Positions 55,198-64,000 of a stretch of 64,000 nt of DNA are shown piece by piece. The translations under genes were made by a program, and so were the position numbers. The notes beneath the pieces are model-generated. The model worked only from the letters and a program-made list of their open reading frames with translations. It was not told the origin of the DNA and made no database searches. The DNA is from Escherichia coli (GTDB lineage: Bacteria; Pseudomonadota; Gammaproteobacteria; Enterobacterales; Enterobacteriaceae): assembly GCF_050920415.1 (NCBI RefSeq), contig NZ_CP169309.1; one strand, given 5' to 3'. Position 1 is the stretch's first letter; the number at the start of each line of letters is the position of its first letter.

Positions 55198-56367
55198 TTA
55201 CAGGCCATCAAGACCGCGAATCGGTTTAATGGTTGACCAGGCCCGACAAGATGGACAATGCCAGTAGAGGGTGTATGCGGTAAAACCACATTTCTGGCAG
55301 CGATAACGAGGCTTACTACGCACCTTCTCGCCAACCATGTCACGCAGCACCATCAGACTCTCTTTGGCACGCCCTTCTTCCGCTTCATTTAAGTGGTAAT
55401 CCATTAGCTTATGGAACACACGCATGGTCGGATGACGCTGAAGCTGACGCGTAATATAGACCTGTGCGGCCTCACTACCGTCGCGCGCTTCGATGATGTC
55501 CGCAAGCATTAGTTCAGCATCGGCACCGGTGTTCTCTTCCACCGCGCGCTGCAGGAACTCAGCCCATTCGGCAGTTTTACCCAACTGCTGGTAGCAGGTT
55601 TGCAGCATTTCCAGCGTTTCGCTGACCAGTTCTCTGTCCTGGGATATCACGCGTTGCAAACTTTCGACGGCTTTGGCGTATTCTCCTTTCGCCATAAATA
55701 CGCGTCCCATCATGATGGATACGCGGGCGCTGTTTTTATCTGCCGCTGCACCTTTTTTTAACAAGGCCATGGCACGATCGAGATCGTCGCTGGCCATATG
55801 CTGTAGGGCTAACTCGCAGTAGAAATGAGCAATTTCGACGCGCTGCTTATCTTTACCCAGCTTCACCAGGCGTTCGGCAACATCAATTGCTTTCTGCCAC
55901 TCGCTGGTAGCCTGGTAGATTTGTAGCAGTTGTTGCAGCGCACCAATGCGGAAGTCAGTTTCATCGGTCAACTGATTGAACATGTCTTCCGCGCGGTCGT
56001 ATAACCCGGCGGCCATGTAATCACGCCCCAGTTGTTGAATCGCCAACAGACGCTGTTCATAGGTCAGCGAGGCGCTTTCCATTAGGGTCTGATGGATGCG
56101 AATAGCGCGATCAACTTCGCCACGCGAACGGAACAGGTTTCCGAGCGTAAGGTGGGCTTCAACGGTACCCGTATCCTCTTTAAGCATATCGAGAAACAGG
56201 TCTACCGCTTTATCCTGTTGATTACTAAGCAGAAAGTTAACCCCCGCTACGTAATCACGCGACAAGCGGTTGGCTTCATCTTGCTTGTTTTGTTGCGCAC
56301 TTCTGCGGCCCATATACCAGCCATAGGCAGCGGCTACAGGCAAAAGCAGAAACAACAACTCCAGCAT
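55198..56367 (-). CDS. lapB: LPS assembly protein LapB (TPR plus rubredoxin-like zinc finger)
   Basis: 389 aa; C-terminal CQKCGF...CPSC. Confidence 0.9.
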   Translation of the reverse strand: MLELLFLLLPVAAAYGWYMGRRSAQQNKQDEANRLSRDYVAGVNFLLSNQQDKAVDLFLDMLKEDTGTVEAHLTLGNLFRSRGEVDRAIRIHQTLMESASLTYEQRLLAIQQLGRDYMAAGLYDRAEDMFNQLTDETDFRIGALQQLLQIYQATSEWQKAIDVAERLVKLGKDKQRVEIAHFYCELALQHMASDDLDRAMALLKKGAAADKNSARVSIMMGRVFMAKGEYAKAVESLQRVISQDRELVSETLEMLQTCYQQLGKTAEWAEFLQRAVEENTGADAELMLADIIEARDGSEAAQVYITRQLQRHPTMRVFHKLMDYHLNEAEEGRAKESLMVLRDMVGEKVRSKPRYRCQKCGFTAYTLYWHCPSCRAWSTIKPIRGLDGL

Positions 56368-56373
56368 AGAAAG

Positions 56374-56682
56374 TTATTCCTTCGCCGCTGACGAATGCGG
56401 CGCTACAGCCACGTCAGTCGCGGGTGAAAGCTGGTTTTCCAGTCGCTTTATTTTACGTTCAGCGCGCGCCAGGGAAACACGAACTCGCAGCCAGAACAGG
56501 CCGCAAATCAGCCAACCGATAGCAAACCCCGCAGCAAACAATACCGCCAGCAATGTGGAAATACGGTACTCCCCTTGCGCTAACAGATAATTAAACGTCA
56601 CCTGTTGATCGTTCTGCGCACCCAACGTGACCGAAATCACGAAGATCGCTAACACCAGTAAGAAAATGAGTAAATATTTCAC
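56374..56682 (-). CDS. lapA: LPS assembly protein LapA
   Basis: 102 aa; MKYLLIFLLVLAIFVISVTLGAQNDQ. Confidence 0.88.
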   Translation of the reverse strand: MKYLLIFLLVLAIFVISVTLGAQNDQQVTFNYLLAQGEYRISTLLAVLFAAGFAIGWLICGLFWLRVRVSLARAERKIKRLENQLSPATDVAVAPHSSAAKE

Positions 56683-56830
56683 ATTACTTCCCGTTATGTG
56701 GTTAGAGCGAATAAATTATGGTCAACTTACCGCAATAGCCCTTTAAAGTACCATTTTCGCGCCGTCTGCGAAATGGCAACCACGCGCATTGTTGATGATT
56801 TAAGGGCTAAATTCAGAAAATCAACCAGCG

Positions 56831-57595
56831 TTAACTTTCTTGTTCTCGTTGTGCAATTTCGCGATTTTCTTCCGCAGGTGGTGTTAATGGCCCACAAATT
56901 CGTTGCGCAAGCCACGTTGCCACCGCCACCAGCGCCCACGAAATCAACGTAGCTACCACCAGATCGCGTGGCCAATGCATCCCGAGCAGCAGGCGGCTTC
57001 CCATGACTCCGGTTGCCCAGACCAGCAAGATAGCAATAGTTAACGTTCGCCGACGCGGCCATAGCAAACCAACGGCCAGCAGCGCCCAACTGGCAGCAAA
57101 CATCGTGTGACCGGAAGGAAAGGCAAACCCCGTCTCTTTCTGCCAGTGTGAACGCAAATATTGTGGGATATTATTCTCTTCAGCCAACTGTTCTTTCACT
57201 AAATTTCCGCGTTCTGCTCGCTTTAAAGTGTAGAACTCATCAACCGGAATATGATGTGTTTTTTCCAGCCAGATTACAAAAGGTCGTGGTTCCTGGACTT
57301 TGTCTTTGATCCAGGATTTAACGCCTTGTCCCACAAGGATTGCCGCCGCCAGAATGGCAAATAACATAATGGCAGCCTTAATGCGAAAACGCAGACACCA
57401 GAGAAACCAGCCGAATAAAATCAAATGTGTAATGACGCCCCAGGGCTGAGTGACAGTTTCAGTAACCCAAAAAGCCGCTTTTAGTAGCCAACTTTGTTCT
57501 CCAGGTTGCCAACGCCAGCCAGAAATCCATACGGCTACCGGCATAACAAGCAATAGTGCAGCTCCCACTGCGGTACGTCTGGCAATCGAACGCAT
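56831..57595 (-). CDS. pgpB: Phosphatidylglycerophosphatase B (PAP2)
   Basis: 254 aa; PAP2 motif SGH (FPSGHT). Confidence 0.88.
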   Translation of the reverse strand: MRSIARRTAVGAALLLVMPVAVWISGWRWQPGEQSWLLKAAFWVTETVTQPWGVITHLILFGWFLWCLRFRIKAAIMLFAILAAAILVGQGVKSWIKDKVQEPRPFVIWLEKTHHIPVDEFYTLKRAERGNLVKEQLAEENNIPQYLRSHWQKETGFAFPSGHTMFAASWALLAVGLLWPRRRTLTIAILLVWATGVMGSRLLLGMHWPRDLVVATLISWALVAVATWLAQRICGPLTPPAEENREIAQREQES

Positions 57596-57764
57596 GGCAT
57601 CTCCTTTTTGATAAGTCCCACAATCATAACTGAAAATGCCAGTTCCAGGAAAAATTGACAGATTTGTGCCATTCCGTGAACGATCGACGCGTCGTGATTA
57701 GGTGAACCCCTTCTCGTTATGGCAAAATAAGCCAATACAGAACCAGCATTATCTGGAGAATTTC

Positions 57765-58355
57765 ATGCAGCTTAAACGTGTGGCAGAAGCCAAACTGCCA
57801 ACCCCATGGGGCGATTTCCTGATGGTGGGATTTGAAGAACTGGCAACCGGACACGATCATGTCGCGCTAGTCTATGGCGATATTTCCGGGCATACCCCGG
57901 TACTTGCGCGCGTCCATTCCGAATGTCTGACCGGTGACGCCCTGTTCAGCTTGCGCTGCGATTGTGGCTTCCAGCTCGAAGCGGCACTGACGCAAATTGC
58001 CGAAGAAGGCCGTGGTATTTTGCTGTATCACCGTCAGGAAGGTCGTAACATTGGTCTGCTGAATAAAATCCGCGCTTATGCACTGCAGGATCAAGGTTAC
58101 GATACTGTAGAGGCTAACCACCAGTTAGGCTTCGCCGCTGATGAGCGCGACTTCACTCTTTGCGCTGATATGTTCAAACTCCTTGGCGTCAATGAAGTCC
58201 GCTTGTTAACCAACAACCCGAAAAAAGTCGAAATTCTGACCGAAGCAGGGATTAATATTGTTGAACGCGTACCGTTGATTGTAGGTCGTAACCCCAATAA
58301 CGAACATTATCTCGATACCAAAGCCGAGAAAATGGGTCATTTGCTGAACAAATAA
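57765..58355 (+). CDS. ribA: GTP cyclohydrolase II
   Basis: [26 protein letters not shown]...; 196 aa; [15 protein letters not shown] zinc site. Confidence 0.92.
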
Positions 58356-58375
58356 CCCTCTTGCATTGTTTAATT

Positions 58376-58413
58376 CATTTGCTTGCCGGAAGCAAAATAA
58401 CCGGCAAGCAAAT
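58376..58413. terminator. Hairpin between convergent ribA and acnA
   Basis: catttgcttgccgg / ccggcaagcaaat inverted repeat with an 11-nt loop. Confidence 0.5.
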
Positions 58414-58418
58414 ACTCG

Positions 58419-61094
58419 TTACTTCAACATATTACGAATGACATAATGCAAAATGCCGTCGTTCTGGTAGTAAGTCAACTCCGTCGCGGTGTCGATACGA
58501 CAACAGCAGGGTACGACTTCCTGGCTACCATCCGCGCGCGTAAACGTCACCGGAACCGTCGCACCGGGTTGTAGACTTTGCAGATCGACAATATCAATCT
58601 TCTCTTCCCCGATTAGCCCTAACGTTTTACGCGTCACGCCTAGCGGAAATTCCAGCGGCAGGATGCCCATGCCAATTAAATTCGAACGGTGAATTCGTTC
58701 AAACGATTCGGCAATCACAACACGAATACCAAGCAGACGCGGACCTTTTGCTGCCCAGTCACGGCTGGAGCCTGATCCATACTCTTTCCCGGCAATCACC
58801 GCCAGCGGCGTTTGCTCCTGCTTATAGCGCATCGCGGCATCATAAATAGAGACGACATCACTGTCAGGTAGATGCCGCGTCATCCCCCCTTCAACGCCAG
58901 GCACCATTTCATTACGAATGCGAATATTGGCGAAGGTGCCGCGCATCATCACTTCATGGTTACCACGCCGCGAACCGTAGGAGTTAAAGTCTTTGCGCTC
59001 AACACCCCGACCTTGTAGATATCGCCCCGCCGGGCTATCGGGCTTAATGCTGCCCGCCGGAGAAATGTGGTCAGTGGTAACCGAATCCCCCAGCATTGCG
59101 AGGATCCGCGCACCGTGAATATCTTCCACAGGTGCTGGTGTTGCCTGCATTTCATCAAAGAAAGGCGATAAGCGAATATAGGTTGAATCCTCCTGCCAAC
59201 CGTAGGTATCGGATCGCGCAACGTTAATCTCTTTCCATTCCGCCGTGCCTTCAAAAACTTCTGCGTACTCTTTGCGGAACATTTCTGTGGAGACTTGTTC
59301 TACCGCACGGGCAATTTCTTGTGCCGATGGCCAGATATCTTTCAGATATACCGGATCGCCTTTACGATCGTGACCAATAGGCTCAGAAGTGAGGTTAATA
59401 TTCATATTTCCCGCCAGCGCATAGGCAACCACCAGCGGCGGCGAGGCCAGCCAGTTAGTTTTAACCAGCGGATGGATACGGCCTTCAAAGTTACGGTTGC
59501 CGGACAGCACCGCACCGACGGTTAAATCGCCTTTTTTGATTGCCGTTTCGATAGGATCGGGCAATGGACCAGAGTTACCAATACAGGTGGTACAACCGTA
59601 TCCCACAAGGTTAAATCCCAGTTCATCCAGATACGGTGTCAGTTTCGCTTTTGCCAGATAATCAGAAACGACTTTCGAGCCTGGTGCCAGCGACGCTTTG
59701 ACCCACGGTTGCCGCTTGAGGCCCAGAGTTACAGCTTTTTTCGCCAGCAAACCTGCGGCCATCAGCACACTTGGGTTAGAGGTGTTGGTGCACGACGTTA
59801 TCGCAGCAATGACCACCGCGCCATCAGGTAACTGATACTGATGTCCGTTCATAACATAATCGACCGGCTGGCGATCTTTATGCGTGGCATTTACTTCCAG
59901 TTCGTTACTGGCGGCAAATGCTTTTGGTACATCGGGCAGTGCAACGCGATCCTGTGGGCGTTTTGGCCCTGCCAGGCTCGCTTCAACGTCATTCATATCC
60001 AGTTCTAACGTACTGGTAAAAATCGGTTCATCGCCCGGGTTACGCCACATGCCCTGCGCTTTGGCATATTTTTCGACCAACTCGACCTGATCTTCGCTGC
60101 GCCCGCTTAAACGCATGTAATCGAGGGTGACAGCATCGATTGGGAAGAAGCCACAGGTGGCACCATATTCTGGCGACATATTGGCAATGGTGGCGCGATC
60201 CGCCAGCGGTAGTGAATCCAGCCCATCACCATAAAATTCGACGAATTTCCCCACCACGCCATGTTTGCGCAGCATTTGGGTAACGGTGAGAACCAGGTCT
60301 GTGGCGGTAATACCTTCACGTAATTTTCCGGTGAGTTTAAAGCCCACTACGTCCGGGATAAGCATGGAAACCGGCTGGCCTAACATTGCGGCTTCGGCTT
60401 CGATCCCACCAACGCCCCACCCCAGCACGCCAAGGCCGTTGATCATGGTGGTGTGCGAGTCAGTACCAACGAGTGTATCCGGATAAGCAATCCATTCACC
60501 GTCCTGCAATTCGCTCCACACTGCTTTGCCGAGATATTCGAGGTTAACCTGATGGCAAATGCCTGTGCCTGGCGGCACGACGCTAAAACGACTGAACGCC
60601 TGCTTTCCCCATTTCAGGAACACATAACGTTCGTGGTTGCGCTCCATTTCCAGGCGCACGTTTTCTTCAAATGCCTCATCATCACCAAAACGATCGACGG
60701 TCACCGAGTGGTCAATGACCAGGTCGACCGGTGAGAGCGGGTTAACCTTTGCAGTATCGCCGCCGAGGCGTTTAACCGCTTCGCGCATTGCCGCCAGATC
60801 AACAACGGCAGGTACGCCGGTAAAGTCCTGCATCAGCACCCTTGCCGGGCGGTAGGCAATTTCACGGTCAGCATGGGCATTTTTCAGCCATCCCACCAGC
60901 GCGTAGATATCCTCTTCGGTAACCGAGTTACCATCCTGCCAGCGCAGCAGGTTTTCGAGCAAAACTTTGAGTGACTTAGGCAGACGGGTGATATCGCCCA
61001 GTGATTTGGCAGCAAGCGGCAGGCTGTAGTAGTGGTAAGTTTTATCTTTGGCCTGCAACGTGTCCTTACTGGCTTCTCGTAGGGTTGACGACAT
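58419..61094 (-). CDS. acnA: Aconitate hydratase A
   Basis: 891 aa; [34 protein letters not shown]... Confidence 0.95.
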   Translation of the reverse strand: MSSTLREASKDTLQAKDKTYHYYSLPLAAKSLGDITRLPKSLKVLLENLLRWQDGNSVTEEDIYALVGWLKNAHADREIAYRPARVLMQDFTGVPAVVDLAAMREAVKRLGGDTAKVNPLSPVDLVIDHSVTVDRFGDDEAFEENVRLEMERNHERYVFLKWGKQAFSRFSVVPPGTGICHQVNLEYLGKAVWSELQDGEWIAYPDTLVGTDSHTTMINGLGVLGWGVGGIEAEAAMLGQPVSMLIPDVVGFKLTGKLREGITATDLVLTVTQMLRKHGVVGKFVEFYGDGLDSLPLADRATIANMSPEYGATCGFFPIDAVTLDYMRLSGRSEDQVELVEKYAKAQGMWRNPGDEPIFTSTLELDMNDVEASLAGPKRPQDRVALPDVPKAFAASNELEVNATHKDRQPVDYVMNGHQYQLPDGAVVIAAITSCTNTSNPSVLMAAGLLAKKAVTLGLKRQPWVKASLAPGSKVVSDYLAKAKLTPYLDELGFNLVGYGCTTCIGNSGPLPDPIETAIKKGDLTVGAVLSGNRNFEGRIHPLVKTNWLASPPLVVAYALAGNMNINLTSEPIGHDRKGDPVYLKDIWPSAQEIARAVEQVSTEMFRKEYAEVFEGTAEWKEINVARSDTYGWQEDSTYIRLSPFFDEMQATPAPVEDIHGARILAMLGDSVTTDHISPAGSIKPDSPAGRYLQGRGVERKDFNSYGSRRGNHEVMMRGTFANIRIRNEMVPGVEGGMTRHLPDSDVVSIYDAAMRYKQEQTPLAVIAGKEYGSGSSRDWAAKGPRLLGIRVVIAESFERIHRSNLIGMGILPLEFPLGVTRKTLGLIGEEKIDIVDLQSLQPGATVPVTFTRADGSQEVVPCCCRIDTATELTYYQNDGILHYVIRNMLK

Positions 61095-61466
61095 AGCTCC
61101 TCCTTAATGACAGGGTTGCGAAGCCCTGATTCTCTTCAGGGTGAATATTAAAGATAACACAAACATTGCGTAACGATTTGATAACAACCCAAATTGATAA
61201 AAGAGGAGAAACCTTGTGGCAAAGCAAATGAAAACCCCGCCGCAGCGGGGTCAGGGATCAGTGAGTAATGATCCAGAGGAGTTCGGCCCAGAAGAGCATC
61301 GACAGAGAAAATGCGCCCATCCAGGACCAATATTTCATATTTGTGTTGATCATAGGCTACACCCTTAACGGTTATTACTTTGTGTTGAGATAACTCAACC
61401 TGTTATTGCTGCGGTGTATTAAAAGCCCTTTAATTCATTAAAAATGGGTAATAAGAATGATGATAA

Positions 61467-61634
61467 TTATTGTTTCGGCTGATCATCTTCAGCAAACAGT
61501 TCTATAAAGGCTTGCTGCTGCGTTGTTAGTTGCCAGTCGTCTGGAATAACGACGGAACATTCCCGTTTCGTTACTGGTTCATTGTCACTATGCTGACATA
61601 ATTGTGACGACTCCAGTTGCTCCTGACCGACCAT
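61467..61634 (-). CDS. yciX: Small protein YciX
   Basis: MVGQEQLESSQLCQHSDNEPVTKRECSVVIPDDWQLTT...; 55 aa from the internal ATG of ORF 61467-61655. Confidence 0.6.
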   Translation of the reverse strand: MVGQEQLESSQLCQHSDNEPVTKRECSVVIPDDWQLTTQQQAFIELFAEDDQPKQ

Positions 61635-61636
61635 AG

Positions 61637-61765
61637 TTATCCCCACACTTTCCAAATCAGCAGTGCGACAACCCCCCAGAAAAGTGCAGAACCAAGAAAT
61701 ACCGCTAGCCAGGCTTTGCGTTTTAATTCAGGGTCCCGGCGGGGTTCCTGATTTCCAGAAGGCAT
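61637..61765 (-). CDS. ymiA: Small membrane protein YmiA
   Basis: Manually translated as MPSGNQEPRRDPELKRKAWLAVFLGSALFWGVVALLIWKVWG (42 aa); sits immediately upstream of yciX. Confidence 0.55.
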   Translation of the reverse strand: MPSGNQEPRRDPELKRKAWLAVFLGSALFWGVVALLIWKVWG

Positions 61766-62095
61766 TGCTAACCTCATATAATCGCCATCACTTATCAGCA
61801 AGACGTTGAACGATTGGTGTAATTAATCATACGATGAGACAAATCCTAAAGAAACTTTAGTCAAAAATCCAGCGAATTTACGAATCGTCTCCAGTGAATA
61901 ATTCAATCTTTTGACCTGAAATAGATATTTGAAAACTGGAGTTTGCGAGGCGGGTAATTAGACACTACTTTACAGGTGATTTACCCTATAAATATGAGGG
62001 ATAAAAATATTGTGCACGGTATACAAATAAGCAACAAAAGAGAATATATTCCGGCACCTTCGCTACATAAAAGGTGCCGAAAATAACGCAAGAAA

Positions 62096-63094
<999 letters not shown>

Positions 63095-63226
63095 TCAGAA
63101 CATCGTTTTTTCGTCACACCTGGCGGGTGACTAATACGATTTAATAATAAAAAATGTGCTAACTATAACCACTATATCATTTATAGCCTTAGTGTATAGG
63201 TGTGAAGAAAAAATAATATGCAATAA

Positions 63227-63258
63227 AAAAGGGCCGCTTTCGCGACCCTTTGTTTATA
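63227..63258 (-). terminator. Putative rho-independent terminator after topA
   Basis: Minus-strand gggtcgcg aaa gcggccc hairpin followed by ttttttatt. Confidence 0.55.
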
Positions 63259-63279
63259 ATAACCTGACAGGATTAAAGG

Positions 63280-64000
63280 TTATTTTTTCCCTTCAACCCA
63301 TTTGCCATCAACATAAAATGCTGACCAGCCAGTCGCCTTTCCGTCTTTTTCCGAAGAGACATATTGCTGTTTGGTTTTACGGCTAAAGCGAACCATGGTC
63401 TTATTACCTTCCGGATCCTGCTGTGGCGCATCGGCCAGATAACGCAGTTTTTCCGGCAGACGGTCGCGGAAGCGATAAAGCTCTTCCACCAGTGGCGCAC
63501 GTGTTTCACGCGATTTCGGGAAGGTATTGGCCGCCAGGAACACACCGGCAGCACCGTCACGCAGCACGAAATAAGCATCTGATTTTTCGCACGGCAGCTC
63601 CGGTAATGGCACCGGATCTTCCTTCGGTGGTGCCACTTCGCCGTTACGTAAAATCTTACGTGTGTTTTTACACTCTTCGTTAGTGCAGGCCATGTATTTA
63701 CCGAAACGCCCCATTTTCAGGTGCATTTCAGATCCACATTTTTCACACTCAACGATCGGGCCGTCATAACCTTTAATGCGGAATTCGCCCTCTTCGATCT
63801 CGTAACCGTCGCAGGTTGGGTTATTACCACAGACATGCAACTTACGTTTCGGATCGATGAGATAGCTGTCCATCGCCGTGCCGCATTTCGGGCAACGACG
63901 TTTTGCGCGCAGCGCGTTGGTTTCAGCGTCTTCACCTTCCAGCACGTTTAGCACTTCGTTTTCCGGCACCAGGTTGATGGTGGTTTTGCAACGCTCTTTC
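63280..64000 (-). CDS. topA: DNA topoisomerase I, C-terminal part (5' end lies outside the window)
   Basis: Zinc-ribbon repeats (CPKCG...C..C, CEKCG...C) and C-terminus ...[16 protein letters not shown]; frame open to the window end. Confidence 0.9.
   Translation of the reverse strand, partial: KERCKTTINLVPENEVLNVLEGEDAETNALRAKRRCPKCGTAMDSYLIDPKRKLHVCGNNPTCDGYEIEEGEFRIKGYDGPIVECEKCGSEMHLKMGRFGKYMACTNEECKNTRKILRNGEVAPPKEDPVPLPELPCEKSDAYFVLRDGAAGVFLAANTFPKSRETRAPLVEELYRFRDRLPEKLRYLADAPQQDPEGNKTMVRFSRKTKQQYVSSEKDGKATGWSAFYVDGKWVEGKK

Noticed and set aside
61148-61330. 60-aa minus-strand ORF in the acnA upstream region
   Set aside because: No ribosome-binding site, overlaps the acnA promoter region, and the remembered small genes ymiA/yciX are accounted for elsewhere.

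Overview
This window reads as an Escherichia coli chromosomal segment, in reverse orientation relative to the K-12 map, with the edge of a prophage-like element at its left end. All gene identifications were made by reading the supplied translations and sequence against remembered E. coli proteins; no database search was run. Positions 1-6060 carry phage-type genes: a metallophosphoesterase-fold protein, a DnaB-like helicase, a NinB-like protein, several small unknown ORFs, an AT-rich 214-aa cargo ORF, a putative excisionase and a P4-family tyrosine integrase. The remainder is core genome: mpaA-ycjG, tpx, tyrR, ycjF-ycjX, ycjW, ompG, the ycjMNOPQRSTUV sugar cluster (ycjV intact here), pspF/pspABCDE, the puu putrescine cluster, ymjA, sapABCDF, ycjD, fabI, yciW, rnb, pdeR, yciZ, yciT, osmB, yciH, pyrF, lapB-lapA, pgpB, ribA, acnA, yciX, ymiA, cysB and the 3' end of topA. 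I found no rRNA, tRNA or CRISPR array. The only plausibly undescribed material is the prophage edge and its cargo; the strongest leads are the 214-aa AT-rich ORF, the phosphoesterase-helicase pair and the repeat structure 3' of ycjD.
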